Notes under the pieces: model-generated
What the model was told of the DNA's origin: nothing
Database searches by the model: none
What the model saw: the letters and a program-made list of their open reading frames with translations, nothing else
Shown here: piece by piece, positions 1 to 14,788 of the stretch
Numbering within the stretch: position 1 is the first letter of the stretch
How the letters are laid out: each line of letters opens with the position of its first letter
Source: Eledone cirrhosa
Lineage: Eukaryota
NCBI GenBank assembly: GCA_964016885.1
Contig: OZ024743.1
Location: 75,082,001-75,146,000 of the forward strand
Direction: 5' to 3'
DNA length: 64,000 nt
Translations under genes and position numbers: made by a program

Positions 1-248
1 ATATATATATATATATATATATATACAAATTGAAGGATGAGTATTTAAACTTTATTATATTCTGAGTTAAGACTCTATTGGTCTTTTCCCTGGATTTCAC
101 AAAATCTGTGGATAAAATCTGTCTTGATTTCTTTTGAATTGAGTTTGAATTATTTTCCCACATCTTACGTTAATTTTGTTTCCATTTTGACGTTATAGTC
201 ACTTATATATTATGAAATATACGCACCCACACACACACACACACATAT

Positions 249-458
249 GTGAAGGCGCATGGCCGAGTGGTTAGAGAATTGGATTCGCAATTGTGAGGTT
301 GTGAGTTCGATTCCTGGACCGGGCAAAGTGTTATGTCCTTGAGCAAGACACTTTATTTCACGCTGCTCCTTCTACCTGGAGTTGCGACCGATAGATAACA
401 CTAACAATTGGAAAGACCAACGGAAACATTGTTTCCTCGGTCCGATTTGACGAAAGTC
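249..458 (+). mobile_element. tRNA-derived CORE-type SINE (family A, tail type 1)
   Basis: A/B-box head (TGGCCGAGTGG ... GAGTTCGATTCC), then GTCCTTGAGCAAGACACTT CORE-like motif; same tail as copies at 7198 and 24749. Confidence 0.8.
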
Positions 459-496
459 AATATATATATATATATATATATATTGACTATATATAT

Positions 497-1052
497 AGGG
501 TTATATCGAACATTAATAATAATGTTCGATTCGTTTGTAAACAAACGGCCCGATTAGAAGCTGTGCCGGTGATCTATCGTCACCTGTTTGATCAATACTG
601 ACTTTGGAACAATCAACATGTTTCTGGGTCATTACCCTTCATCAGGACTGTATATCTCTCTGCCAATGTGTTGAAGGGTTGAAAATATATAATATTTTCT
701 TAAGTATACATCAGCTGAGTAGCCTCATTTGCATACCGAGCGAGTTGCGGCTGGTCTTGCCAAATATTGAAGATAAAATAAGAATTTCATTTCTTGCCCT
801 AGCACAGCTGATACATAAAAGTAATTATGCATAAGCACACACACATATATACACACATATCTCTCTCTCTATATATATATATATATATACATATACATAT
901 GTACGTATGGGTTATATCGAATATTAATAATAATTTCGATTCGTTTGTAAACAAATGGCCCGATTAGAAGCTGTGCCGGTGACCGATCGTCGCTAGTTTG
1001 GCCTGTTTGTTCAATACTGGCTTTGAGGAACAATCAACATGTGTTATGGGTC

Positions 1053-1055
<3 letters not shown>
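497..1055 (-). mobile_element. Penelope-like terminal repeat / retrozyme-like unit, partial tandem
   Basis: 497-~640 is repeated at 908-1055; (TA)n-flanked; carries hammerhead 610-650; homologous to 19515-19870. Confidence 0.65.
610..650 (-). ncRNA. Minimal type I hammerhead ribozyme
   Basis: Minus strand cagtc-CTGATGA-a-gggt-aatg-accc-a-GAAAC-at-GTT-gattg: stem I, stem II and palindromic stem III (ACATGT). Confidence 0.75.
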
Positions 1056-1087
<32 letters not shown>

Positions 1088-1088
<1 letters not shown>

Positions 1089-1918
1089 AAATAATTAAGT
1101 CAAATATTTAAAATTTGGGTTCGTTTATAAAAGAAGTACTCCTATATATATTTCGGTGACAGCCATCATTGGCTGTGACCTCTTCAGGCAGTCCGAATTG
1201 GTGTGGTAGAGACAGGTACACATGTTGTTGAAGTGTTTTACTCCATCAATACTCCGATATGTCCAGCTCCTGGTTGGGTTGTTATTTCTCTGAGGAACTG
1301 GAATCAAACGAATTTCGGCGTCATAGGACACTCTCTCCTCTCATTGGTCAGTTGTGAGAACATTCCTCAGGCAAAAGTCTATAGAAATTTTTCTGAGGCA
1401 AGACAATCTGTTGTAGTAGTTTTTGTTAAGTACAGCTGACCTCCTCCATTGTGTTGGTAATGTAGTGTGTTAAGGAGTCAGCTGGCAGGTCAGCTTTGGT
1501 TTGCTGCTACTATGTTCAGAAGAATTTGTGTAGGTTGGCATCTATCCTGCCACCATTTCACCTGGTGGGGGTGCCAAACAGATAAAAAAATAAGATAAAA
1601 TAAAATCAAGAAATAAAAAAATAAGATAAAATGAAATGAAGAAATAAAAAAATAAAAGAATAAAATAAAATAAAATGCGTGTGTGTTACAACCAATATCA
1701 AAGTTTGAAAGATTTGGAAAATATTGACTGAAGTAGAAAGGCTGTGTGTCAGAATCGAGAAGTGCAAAGGATTAAAATCCTTACACTATCATGGCGTGGT
1801 GCGTTTTAAGAGCAAATGAGACAAGAAGTCACAGCCAATGATGGCTGTCACCGAAATATATATAGCAGTACTTCTTTAATAAACGAAGCCAAATTTTAAA
1901 TATTTGACTTAATTATTT
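1088..1918. repeat. Segment bounded by ~90-bp inverted repeats
   Basis: 1088-1179 is the near-perfect reverse complement of 1828-1918; starts directly after a (TA)n run. Confidence 0.8.
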
Positions 1919-2010
1919 TACATTACTCCGGAGTAACCAAACCAACCTGCGTACTTCGTCGAGTGCTCCAATCTGCATACTGAGGTGTCGGTAAACAACC
2001 AACATATACT

Positions 2011-2076
<66 letters not shown>

Positions 2077-2131
2077 AAAAAGATGAAATCGAAAATGCAA
2101 CTGGAGTCTTTTTTAAAATATTTATTTGGTT

Positions 2132-2169
2132 CCTTTACCGGTTTCGCAGTGTTTATGCTTTTCAAAAGT
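2132..2169 (-). ncRNA. Minimal hammerhead-like motif, U3-A8 variant
   Basis: Minus strand actt-TTGAAAA-gca-taaacac-tgc-GAAAC-cg-GTA-aagg; lies in repeat 2090-2207, homologous to 44476-44590. Confidence 0.5.
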
Positions 2170-2728
2170 AGAATTGAGATGGAGGGTTTGTGGTTTTTCT
2201 CGCATCTGGTTGGTGTTCGTAAAATGCTACGTCACTCGATTTTACTTACAGTCGATATCCGACCAAATCTTCAGAATACTGATCTGTGTATATGATACAG
2301 TGCGCTAGTATTTATGGATACATTAAAACTAACAAGAATAAAGCAAGAATAATGATGATAATAATAATAAGAGGGGGGTGCAGTAATGGGGGGGGGTACT
2401 GGGATACAGTAAAATATGGTAATAATAATAATAACAACATGGAAAAAAATAGGAAAAGTGGTATGAAAAGGTGATACGATAAGGAAGATAATGCAGAACA
2501 TTTAAGGTAACTTGGATTACCTTAAACGATATCTCGTTAACCCTGATGCTGCACTAAGTGTGGCCCAAACTCGAGTCCGGGAACTATTATACGCACCCGT
2601 TTTACGTATGTTGTGTTGAAGCGAATAACTATGTGTATACTCTGGGAATATATCCTACATTACCTGTTGAGTACGCTGAGATACAACGGGTCCTGGCATT
2701 GATAAATATGCTGGGTCCGTCAACTCCT

Positions 2729-2798
<70 letters not shown>

Positions 2799-2836
2799 AG
2801 GAAGTTATAGTTCACTTTAAGCATTGTGTAATGAGG

Positions 2837-3228
<392 letters not shown>

Positions 3229-3229
3229 T

Positions 3230-4536
<1,307 letters not shown>

Positions 4537-4675
4537 ATATATATATATATATATTCATTTATTGTGGGTTCATGGTGAGCCTTGTTACTCTGGAGTTTCA
4601 CCTGCGCACTTACAAGATCATCTTGACATTAAGGATACACTGAACCTGTCATTGACCCTCTTTCATAGCCGTTAA

Positions 4676-4864
4676 TCATTGTTTCTACTTTTGGCACAAG
4701 GCCAGCAAATTACCCAGTGCATTACTGGTACTTTATTTTATCGACCTGGTAAGGATGAAAGACAAAGTTAACCTCGGCGGGATTTGAACTCAGAATGGCA
4801 AGGGCCGTAACTCTATGCGTCAAAGCATGCTGTCCGACCCTCTACCGATACTGCCAATCCACCA
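4676..4864 (-). mobile_element. tRNA-derived SINE family B
   Basis: Matches the ~190-bp consensus GGCGGTGGATTGGCAGTATCGGTAGAG...GAGTTCAAATCCCGCCGAGGTTAACTTTGCCTTTCATCCTTACGGGGTCGATAAAATAAAGTACCAG...GTAGAAACAATTAT, seen more than 20 times in the window. Confidence 0.85.
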
Positions 4865-5464
4865 ATGAGGTTATATTTCACAAATCACAATCTATAATAA
4901 TTCTATCAAATACATTAAAATAAAATATATATTTGTCTTTCAGATTTTTACGAGGAATCATAGGTTAAGAAGAGCAGACTTCCAGACTCCTTTGTTGCCT
5001 CAATGTATTATATTTTCATCATGTTGAAATAATAAATATATTTAAATAAACAACACACACTGCTCTCTGTCTTCCACTTCTGAAATGTTCAATTCCCATT
5101 GTTAGTAATTCGTTTATTCTGCGAATGAAGAGTTATTAAAAGCATTCCTAAAATTATTCCGTATAATTTTCCGTTGAGTAAACAGACTTAATATAAAGAC
5201 AATTTTATATTAGTAATAATAGTTAACTATACTTACAATTTAGAATTAACTTTAGCACGTGACGGATTTAAGACGCTGTAGGAATTTTGTTAGTTTTTGG
5301 GGTCATGTTTTCGTTAGTTTTGAGGTCATGTTCCCAAAACGTTTGCCATCTCTCTTTCTCCTCCCCCCCCCCCATTATTTCGTTATTTCTTCCACGCTCT
5401 ATTTATCTGTCTTTCTCTTTATATTATCCGCCTACATTATATCTCTCACACCCTCTCTGTTACA

Positions 5465-5469
<5 letters not shown>

Positions 5470-5526
<57 letters not shown>

Positions 5527-5920
5527 GCTGTTAGTCGCTCTCATTTCTCGTTCTCTCATTCTCTCATTCTCTCTCTCTCTCTCTCTTTTCTCGCTCTTTC
5601 ACGCTATCTCAGCCCCACCCACCTCTCTCTCTCTCTCTCCCTCTCTCTCTCCCTCTCTCTCTCTCCATCACATTCACAGTTTTTCTTCTATTTTCCATAT
5701 CCAATATATCCATCATTCTATCCACCTAGCAACATTTCCTCTCTCTTTTCCCAACATCTCCACTCCCTCTTCTTCCCTTTCTCTCTTCTTCCCTTTCTCT
5801 CTTCCTTCCTTTCTCTCTTCCTTCCTTTCTCTCATCCTTCCTTTCTATCTTTCATTTCTTTTCATCATTATTATCTTTTTTCATTTCATTCTTTCCGGTT
5901 TCAATTTTTCTTATTTTCTT
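5470..5920. repeat. (CT)n and pyrimidine-rich low-complexity tract
   Basis: Direct reading. Confidence 0.9.
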
Positions 5921-6084
5921 TCTAATTAATAAATTAATAAATTAAGTAATTACACTGTGCAGCAACGATAATTATGTCACAAATCTTAGAACTGTGTTCT
6001 TGGGGTATATTGTATTTGTTTACTCTACAATCTTCATTTGTCCTTCATCTACCTTAATCACATACTATACTATATTAATAGTAG

Positions 6085-6262
6085 GGTGGTAGATCGGTAG
6101 AGCGTCGAACAACATGCTTCGCGGCATAGAGTTACGGCCCTTTACGTTCTGTGTTCAAATCCCGCCGAGATGAGCTTTGCTTTTCATCCTTACGGGGATC
6201 AATAAAATAAAGTACCAATAATGCACTGGAGTCGATTTAATCGACTTTCCTCTCCCAGTTTT
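6085..6262 (+). mobile_element. SINE family B (older variant)
   Basis: GTTCAAATCCCGCCGAG...TTTCATCCTTACGGGGATCAATAAAATAAAGTACC. Confidence 0.75.
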
Positions 6263-6282
6263 CCGCCTCCCAAGAGTATGTT

Positions 6283-6535
6283 GTTGTTGTTACAGCTCAC
6301 ACCTATGCAGGTTTATCTGGCCTCCTCCAAGGTATATCTCGTTGGAGGTGTCTTGGGTGATTTAATGATAGGGACCCCAGTCCTATCATCTCATTTCTAC
6401 AGCTGAGTAAACTGGAGCCACGTGAAATAGAGTGTCTTGCTCAAGGAAACAACACATCACCCGGTCCGAGAATTGAACTCACAACCTTTCGATTGCAAGC
6501 CCAATGCCCTAACCACTAAGCCATGCGCCTTCACA
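6283..6535 (-). mobile_element. SINE family A, tail type 2
   Basis: Reverse complement of 58091-58335; tRNA head, CORE-like motif, (CAA)n tail. Confidence 0.8.
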
Positions 6536-7197
6536 CCCAAGAGTATGAGATTGTTTAACTTTAAAAATTGTCTTAGACAAAGTACGGCAACAAATAAAAC
6601 CTAGTTTTTTAACTACAGACATATCCTGGTGGTAGTAGTTTAACAGGTTTAATGTGATGTGGGTTTTATCAAAATTAAATACCAAGCCACAAAAGCCATC
6701 TCATCTAAAAGAGAGATTCTAGAATCTTGTTTAAAATCAACATGAAAATGTTCTATCATAATCGAATAGTCAGCAGAACTTGTTATAAATAAACTTATAG
6801 ACCCTTAACAGTTATAAATACTGACACATTTATACACGTTTGATACTGATTCTTTAAAATTATTTCCACTATCTCTTGATTTTCTGTATCACCTTTGACT
6901 TATAGAGAAATGGTCCTCGCATTTATATCAAATATAAACCATAAGATATATTTTAACCTAACCTATAAACAAAAGGGTTAATAAATTAAAACTAACAATA
7001 ATTCCTTAATATAAATCACTAACAAAACACTCCACTATTACAAACGATGTATCTACATAAGACAACCATTATCAAATATATTTTCCACTGCCACCAACCT
7101 TTAATATGATCACCATAACTCGTTAATCTAACCAGGTGGCCATTCTATATAGCCCCGACATTTTTTCAATATAATAACGCATCATTTATATAATCCG

Positions 7198-7410
7198 TGA
7201 AGGCGTGTGACTGAGTGATTAGAGAGTTGGATTCACAGTCTTGAGGTTGTGAGTTCGATTTCTGGACCAGGCGATGCGTTATGTCCTTGAGCAAGACACT
7301 TTATTTCACGTTGCTCCTTCTACCTGGAGTTGCGACCGATAGATAGTATTAGCAACTGGAAAGACCAATGGAACCATTGTTCCCTCGGTCCGATTTGACG
7401 AAAGTCGATC
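7198..7410 (+). mobile_element. SINE family A, tail type 1
   Basis: Near-identical to 249-458. Confidence 0.8.
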
Positions 7411-8334
7411 CTTTTTATATAATCTAGTTATTTTGAAAGTTATTATTATATGCAGCTCCCTTATAATAAATCTCAGAGAAGTCTTAGGTCGTGTAGAAAC
7501 TTTAGGGAGTTTCTTTTGTATAAACACAACTACTCACGGGATTTTCTACACCCAACCCCCAACAAGATCTATTATATTTGGGGCCATCAACTCCCGAAAT
7601 TTTCTACACCCACCCCCACCACACCTCCAATATTTTTACAAGATCTATTATATTTGAGGCCATCAACTCCCGAAATTTTCTCCAATCCCAGTATTTTTAC
7701 AAGATCTATTATACATTAATTCAACTCAACTCAACTCACTATATACATTTAAATAGTTGACTATGTTTAAACACTTCTAGTCATTTCACGAAGTTTATAT
7801 AAACACTCATTTTTTTTTTATGATTTCCCAAACAAAAGTTTTGCTTATTTTGCCAGGTGCTTATATAGCAATTTTCTAGATATTTTCTTTGTTTTCAAAG
7901 TTTGCAAAAACCCAGAAATTTAAGACAACAAGAATTCTTGAAGTTATTAGTTTGCTGTTTGCTAAGTATTTTTTTTTTTACTCAATTCACAACTGTTTCA
8001 ACAATTTCCTTCGTAATAAGTCGAGAATTTTACTTATCATTCATTATCGTCTGCTTTGATCTTTCCAATTGATCTCGCCGACTTCAATAAAAGGAAACCA
8101 CTGAAAGCTCTCAGAACGACACTAAATCTACCAGTAAGAGAAACACACTTCCGGCTTGGCATCTGACCAACGTTCTCACTAAAAGCATGTAATTGGTCTT
8201 TTCTAATGCTCTGATTTTCTCCCCGAGAATACATTTACTTGTCACTTGGCACTTATAATTAAAGGAGAAGAGGTTTAGAAAATCACGCTGGCAGTAGTCG
8301 ATTGGTATCTTATATATATGGCATGGATTAACAG

Positions 8335-8354
8335 CAGCGGCGACGACGACAAAG

Positions 8355-8387
<33 letters not shown>

Positions 8388-8455
8388 ACAACAACAACAA
8401 CGACGACGACGACAACGACGACGACGACAACAACAACGACGACGACAACAACGAC

Positions 8456-8487
<32 letters not shown>

Positions 8488-8646
8488 CAATAACAACCAC
8501 GACAACGACGACGATGATGATGATGACGATAATGATGATGATGATCATCATGATGATGATGGTGATGATGGTGGTGATTGTGATGATGGTGATGGTGATG
8601 ATGATGATGGCGTTGTTCTTGTTGGTGCTGTTGATGATGATGACGA

Positions 8647-8678
<32 letters not shown>

Positions 8679-9532
8679 CTGGTGGTGGTGGTGGTGGTGG
8701 TGGTGGTGGTGGTGATGGTGATGGTGGTGGTGATGATGGTGATGGTGATGATGGTGATGGTGGTGGTGATGATGGTGATGGTGGTGATGGTGATGGTGGT
8801 GGTGATGGTGGTAGTCGTGATGGTGGTGGTGATGATGGTGATGATGGTGGTGATGATGGTGATGGTGGTGGTGGTGATGGTGATGGTGATGGTGGTGGTG
8901 GTGATGGTGATGGTGATGGTGGTGGTGATGGTGATGGTGGTGGTGGTGGTGGTGATGGTGATGGTGGTGGTGGTGGTGGTGGTGGTGATGGTGATGGTGA
9001 TGGTGGTGGTGATGGTGGTGGTGATGGTGGTGGTGGTGGTGGTGGTGGTGGTGATGGTGATGGTGGTGATGGTGGTGGTGATGGTGGTGGTGATGATGGT
9101 GGTGATGGTGGTGGTGATGGTGGTGGTGATGATGGTGGTGGTGGTGATGGTGGTGATGGTGGTGGTGGTGGTGATGGTGATGGTGGTGGTGGTGATGGTG
9201 GTGGTGATGGTGGTGGTGATGATGGTGGTGGTGATGGTGGTGGTGATGGTGGTGGTGGTGATGGTGGTGGTGATGGTGGTATGTTTAGAAGTGTAATTGT
9301 GTTTCGGGAGAGTTATAAAAATTAGCGAAATTGTGTAAATTTAAGAGGTAAAAATATAAATGAAAACAAGGGAAAATGAAGGGGAGGGAGAGAGTTTGGA
9401 AAGGGGTGTGTTCTATAGGGAGTGGGGGAGGGGTGGAGTGAATTTGATAGAGTGACAGAGTGGTGGTTGTGGTGGTGGAGGAGGTGGGGATGGTGGTGGT
9501 GGTGGTGGTGGTGGTGGTGGTGGTGGTGGTGG

Positions 9533-9570
<38 letters not shown>

Positions 9571-9700
9571 GAGGTGTTGATGGTGGAGTGTTGATGGTGG
9601 TGGTGGTGGTGGTGGTGGTGGTGGTGGTGGTGGTGGTGGTGATGGAGGTGGTGATGGTGGTGGTGTGGTGTATGTGTGTGTGGGGGGGGGGGGGGGGGTT
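8335..9700. repeat. Compound triplet microsatellite (GAC/AAC, GAT, GGT, GCT)
   Basis: Direct reading; source of the poly-D/G/V/M ORFs. Confidence 0.9.
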
Positions 9701-9779
9701 TCAACAGATCTATATTCAATTGATTTACTAGAAAATTCTCTTGATTTAAATAGAAAGTTACTTTATGAAGATAAGAAAA

Positions 9780-10252
9780 TGAAAAAACTTTCTAGATACA
9801 CACCAAATCATCAAAGGTTAAAGACAGCCTAAAGCACTAAAACATATTCTTATGGGGGCCAAAACACACAAACAAATCCCCAATCCTCTCTTACAAATGT
9901 GGAAGAACAAACTGTGGTAGCTGCTTATATTTAATTGAAACACAAGAATTCAAATTTAAGATGGACAAGAATTCAAATTTAAAGATGGACAAACCTTCAG
10001 AGTAAAAGAAAATTTTCCCTGCTACTTGGAAAACTTAATCTATGTTGATGACAGCAAAATTACATTGGACAGACTGGCATCTCATTACACCGCCAACAAA
10101 TCTGTAATGAAAACATGAGACAAATCCCCTGAAACAGCCACATTGCATCATGTGTATGATTAGACATACTTGTAATCAAACAGTTTCACTCAACATCGGA
10201 GAATAAATAAAGAAAAACAATTCATTAACAAATATAAACCACAATTAAATAT
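9780..10252 (+). pseudogene. Decayed Penelope-like (Neptune-type) Zn-linker plus GIY-YIG endonuclease
   Basis: Frameshifted translation: KCGRTNCGSCLYL...NLIYV...NYIGQTG...HRQQI...RQIP*NSHI...FINKYKPQLN. Confidence 0.7.
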
Positions 10253-10463
10253 CTTCTTTTTTTTTATATTCACACAACACAATTATATTTCATAATATTA
10301 ACGAAAGTGTCCGTATTTCACTTTAGGCAAATTAGAAGAGTTGATTAGGAAAGGCATGGCAACCAACGTGAAAGTGTTGAAAAGGATTTCGATCATTTCT
10401 TGAAGGCCAACTACGTAGTCTGCGCTGTCAGAACTAAGACATTTGTCCTAAAACACTGGTGAA

Positions 10464-10648
10464 ATAATTGTTTCTACCTTTGGCACAAGGCCAGCAATTA
10501 TCCAGTGCATTACTGGTACTTTATTTTATCGACCCCGTAAGGATGAAAGGCAAAGTCAACCTCGGCGGGATTTGAACTCAGATCATAAAGGGACGTAACT
10601 ATGCTGGAAAGCATGGCGTCCAACCCTCTACCAATACTGCCAATCCAC
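10464..10648 (-). mobile_element. SINE family B with TSD
   Basis: Full copy; CACTGGTGAAATAAT duplicated on both sides. Confidence 0.85.
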
Positions 10649-10955
10649 TGGTGAAATAATTGATGTTCTATGAGTTCTGGCAACAGAGCCACAATTCGGT
10701 CTAAGGCGGGAGGGCTGCTCTAGTCTGATATAGGATGTGATTGTATATATTGTTGTATGATATACCGTTGCATGTAAGGTTTATTTTCGCAAAATGTCAT
10801 TTTACGAAATATGTTACGATATCGAGTTACTATTTAAAATGATATTATTATAACTAACTCTTGTATGAGATATTACTGATGAAATATATCGTATTGTAAT
10901 GCTGATGTATGTGATATTGCCATCTGTCATTATACTATCAAATACTCTGTATGTA

Positions 10956-11725
10956 TTATCACATCTAATATCACATCTAATGTCACATTATCACATCTAA
11001 TGCCACATCTAATATCCACATTATCACATCTAATGTCCACATTATCACATCTAATATCCCCATTATCACATTTAATATCCCCATTACCACATCTAATATC
11101 CACATTGTCACATCTAATATCCACATTATCACATCTAATGCCACATCTAATGTCACATTATCACATCTAATCTCACATCTAATGTCCCCATTATCACATC
11201 TAATATCCACATTATCACATCTAATATCCCCATTAGTAACATCTAATGCCCACATTATCACATCTAATGTCCCCATTATCACATCTAATGCCCACATTAT
11301 TACATCTAATACCCACATTATCACATATAATATCCCCATTATCACATCTAATGCCCACATTACCACATCTAATATCCCCATTATCACATCTAATGCCCAC
11401 ATTATTACATCTAATACCCACATTATCACATCTAATGTCCCCATTATCACATCTAATATCACATTATCACATCTAATATCCACATTATCACATCTAATGT
11501 CCACATTTTCACACCTAATGTCACATCTAATATGCAAATTATCACATCTAATATCTACATTATCACATCTAATACCCACATTATCACATCTAATATCCAC
11601 ATTATCACATCTAATATCCACATTATCACATCCAATATCCACATTATCACATCTAATATCCACATTATCACATCTAATATCCGCATTATCACATCTAATA
11701 TCCACATTATCACATGTAATATCCA
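10956..11725. repeat. ~21-bp minisatellite (ATTATCACATCTAATATCCAC)n
   Basis: More than 30 degenerate units, with shorter ~12-bp variants. Confidence 0.9.
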
Positions 11726-11829
11726 TTATATGATATACTATAGAGTAATATGATGTCAATGATATATGAATATCTAGAATATCTAGAATACAGAATCTGT
11801 TAATATCTGTTAGCGTATTCGGTTATATT

Positions 11830-12500
11830 ATATGTGACTTGATATGTAAACCCCGATATTTACTTATCGACATATTAATGTCGGGTTTTTGTGGGGATTT
11901 ACTGAGTATTTGATTCATTCTTCAGGATATAAATATTTTGGTAATGCATCGTATATCATATGGGAAAGAATTTTAGAAAAACATGTTCTAAGCTCTTTGA
12001 AGATTGATTGTTATTGGAAATGAATCAGGAGTCAGTAATTTAAACAGCTAGGGTAAATTCTGGAGTTTAGTAAATATAAGTTGAATGTTTCTCTTAGTAA
12101 TTGAATAAAGATAAAACGCTTTAAATATGCATCCTTTTTAGATATTTGGGGGTATTTGTTTCCTTTTAGGTGCTTTATTGGACAAAAATACTATTTAAAC
12201 TAAATAGTAAAGTAATGTGGTAGCTGAAACACCTAGTTAAGTGAGGAAGTAAGAGCGAAAGAGTGATTGACACATTGATAAAGACAAGATCTTGTTGAGA
12301 AGCATGGACATAGAAAGATAAATACTAGCTATCAAATACAATTAATTTCTAATATGGCGTCAAACCTCCTATTATTAGATATAGTCGATGATTCTAGGAC
12401 AGCATTTTGCTTTACTTTGCTGTTTGTTTTGTATTCACAGAAGGCCATTAGATTTCCTAATATTAATGACAGTGCCTACATTTCACTTTATCCCGTCCAA
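11830..12500 (-). pseudogene. Highly decayed Penelope-like RT fragment
   Basis: Remnants resembling MGSPLS.ILANL.MAFCE (near 12440-12490) and LFQRA (near 11990); many stops. Confidence 0.4.
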
Positions 12501-12954
12501 TAATCGTTCTGTCAATGCAAGTATCTCATTTATAACACTAGGTTTATCATGATGTACGGTTCTCAAATGGAGAATCGGAAGTGTTGATCAGATGGCTATC
12601 GGGCATCAAGTAAAAATGCTAAAGCGAATCAAAAAATAATCTCAAATATCTGTGAGATATCTTCATACACCCAGCGACTCAGCTATGTTTTACATCGAAA
12701 GAGAAGTACACTTCAACCTATATATATATATGTGTGTGTTGGTGATGTGTTAGTGTAAATGGTAGCACAGTGGTCTGAATAACCAAAGATGTGCGTTCGA
12801 CTCCCATGTACGTCAATACTCATCTTTTTCCATTTCTCCGAGGGTTCTTAACCCCACTATCAGGCTAAATAATTTCTTTAATTTCTTTAGTCAAAATACG
12901 GCGATAGCTTACATTTATAATAATTTCAAACCCGCTCGCTGTTTCGAAAATATT

Positions 12955-12991
<37 letters not shown>

Positions 12992-13033
12992 AAATGAAAA
13001 TCTGAAGGCAAGGTAAAATTCCAATCATTTTAA

Positions 13034-13528
13034 TCACGACACATGTTTCAATAAGAGATAGATCGATCGTAAAGCCATGATCAATTATCACTAATCTCAT
13101 CAGTTGAAAATGAATTGCAATGTTCACTCACAGAGTTTATTCCCTCATATGAAGATCCAGTAGTCAGAAATACGTATATATATTTTTTTTTTCTTTGACC
13201 TCGAGCCGGTGTGTATGGGTGTTGAGTGTGTGTGTACCCACTCACATTAACTGTGACCGACTGTATTTCTACAGATCTGATTAATGTCCAGCGTCTTTTG
13301 CAGCTATGGAGATTTGATAGTTTTATGACCCTAACTGAAGCTGAAAGCAGTCGCCGTATTTCTGACTACTGGATCTTCATATGAGAGAATAAACTCTGTG
13401 AGTGAACATTGCTAATTTTCTCCCTCATATCAAGAATTTGAAGACAATTCATTTTCATCTGATGAGATCAGTGATAATTGATCATGGCTTCACGATCGAT
13501 CTATCTCTTATTGAAACATGTGTCCCTT
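13034..13528. repeat. Inverted repeat pair, each arm carrying a hammerhead
   Basis: 13038-13173 is the reverse complement of 13355-13524 (right arm has a ~33-bp insertion); hammerheads at 13034-13107 (-) and 13455-13528 (+). Confidence 0.8.
13455..13528 (+). ncRNA. Hammerhead-like motif with extended stem II
   Basis: tcat-CTGATGA-[47 nt including attgatc/gatcgat and gata/tatc pairings]-GAAAC-atgt-GTC; stem I 3' strand (gtga) kept only in the minus copy. Confidence 0.55.
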
Positions 13529-13638
13529 GAAGTGAATTGGAGATATACAAAAGCGTGGAGAACTTAATATTGCTAACATAAATTTATTGGACCGTTTTAC
13601 ACAACCAATAATACACCTTACTATATATATATATATAT

Positions 13639-14788
13639 ACAAATATATTACACAAAGAGAAGTGTGTTACACAGTGAGATGTGTGGAAAGAATTATTACA
13701 AGTGAGTTTTACTGTTACTGTATAGAAAACAATATCTACAGGTTTAGCAATTAAATAGAAAAAAACTAAGTCAGAATCAAATCTCTGAATTAGAGTTTTA
13801 AATTACCAACCTTATAACTATAAGTTTGCTGATACGAATCAAGTTCGTTTCCCCACAGAAATGTGCAGTTTAACAGTTCATCAGTCAGCAAATGTGGATT
13901 CTGTTTACTACACATCTAACCTCGTGGATAGAGAGAAAGCTAATATACACGCTGCCCAGGGTAGGGCGAAATCACATGTTATTTGCATCAAATAACGGCT
14001 CTCATGGATTGGGGAAAATGCTAGAGAGAGCAGCCCAACCATTCGAATTTATTAGCTCAACAATTTGGAGCTCGTTAAGTATACGATGATCGGAATGAAG
14101 AGTATTCCGCAGTTCACAGTAATAATAATAATATTAGCTCGAAGAAGAATAGAGAATTTTCTTCTGAGCTCAGATACAAATATATTACACAAAGAGAAGT
14201 GTGTTATTATTACTGTGAACTGCGGAATACTCTTCATTCCGATCATCGTATACTTAACGAGCTCCAAATTGTTGAGCTAATAAATTCGAATGGTTGGGCT
14301 GCTCTCTCTAGCATTTTCCCCAATCCATGAGAGCCGTTATTTGATGCAAATAACACGTGATTTCGCCCTACCCTGGGCAGTGTGTATATTAGCTTTCTCT
14401 CTATCCATGAGGTTAGATGTGTAGTAAACAGAATCCACATTTGCTGACTGGTGAAACTGTGGCTGTTAAACTGCACATTTCTGTGGGGAAACGAACTTCA
14501 TTCGTATCAGCAAACTTATAGTTATAAGGTTGGTAATTTAAAACTCTAATTCAGAGATTTGATTCTGACTTAGTTTTTTTCTATTTAATTGCTAAACCTG
14601 TAGATATTGTTTTCTATACAGTAACGGTAAAACTCACTTGTAATAATTCCTTACACACATCTCACTGTGTAACACACTTCTCTTTGTGTAATATATTTGT
14701 ATCTGAGCTCAGAAGAAAATTCTCTATTCTTCTTCGAGCTAATATTATTATTATTACTGTGAACTGCGGAATACTCTTCATTCCGATC

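Noticed and set aside
249-325. tRNA gene (and similar heads elsewhere)
   Set aside because: A/B boxes continue into SINE bodies; no complete cloverleaf
2539-2582. Hammerhead-like CTGATGC...CAAAC-tcga-GTC
   Set aside because: Two essential core positions are altered and the stems are poor; at most a dead relic
8318-9325. 335-aa Asp/Gly-rich ORF resembling a structural or biomineral protein
   Set aside because: Entirely triplet microsatellite, partly open in other frames, with no signal peptide or unique domain
10130-10132. In-frame TGA at a probable Cys position in the PLE endonuclease (selenocysteine?)
   Set aside because: The copy is riddled with frameshifts and deletions; a single TGY-to-TGA mutation is simpler; no SECIS identified
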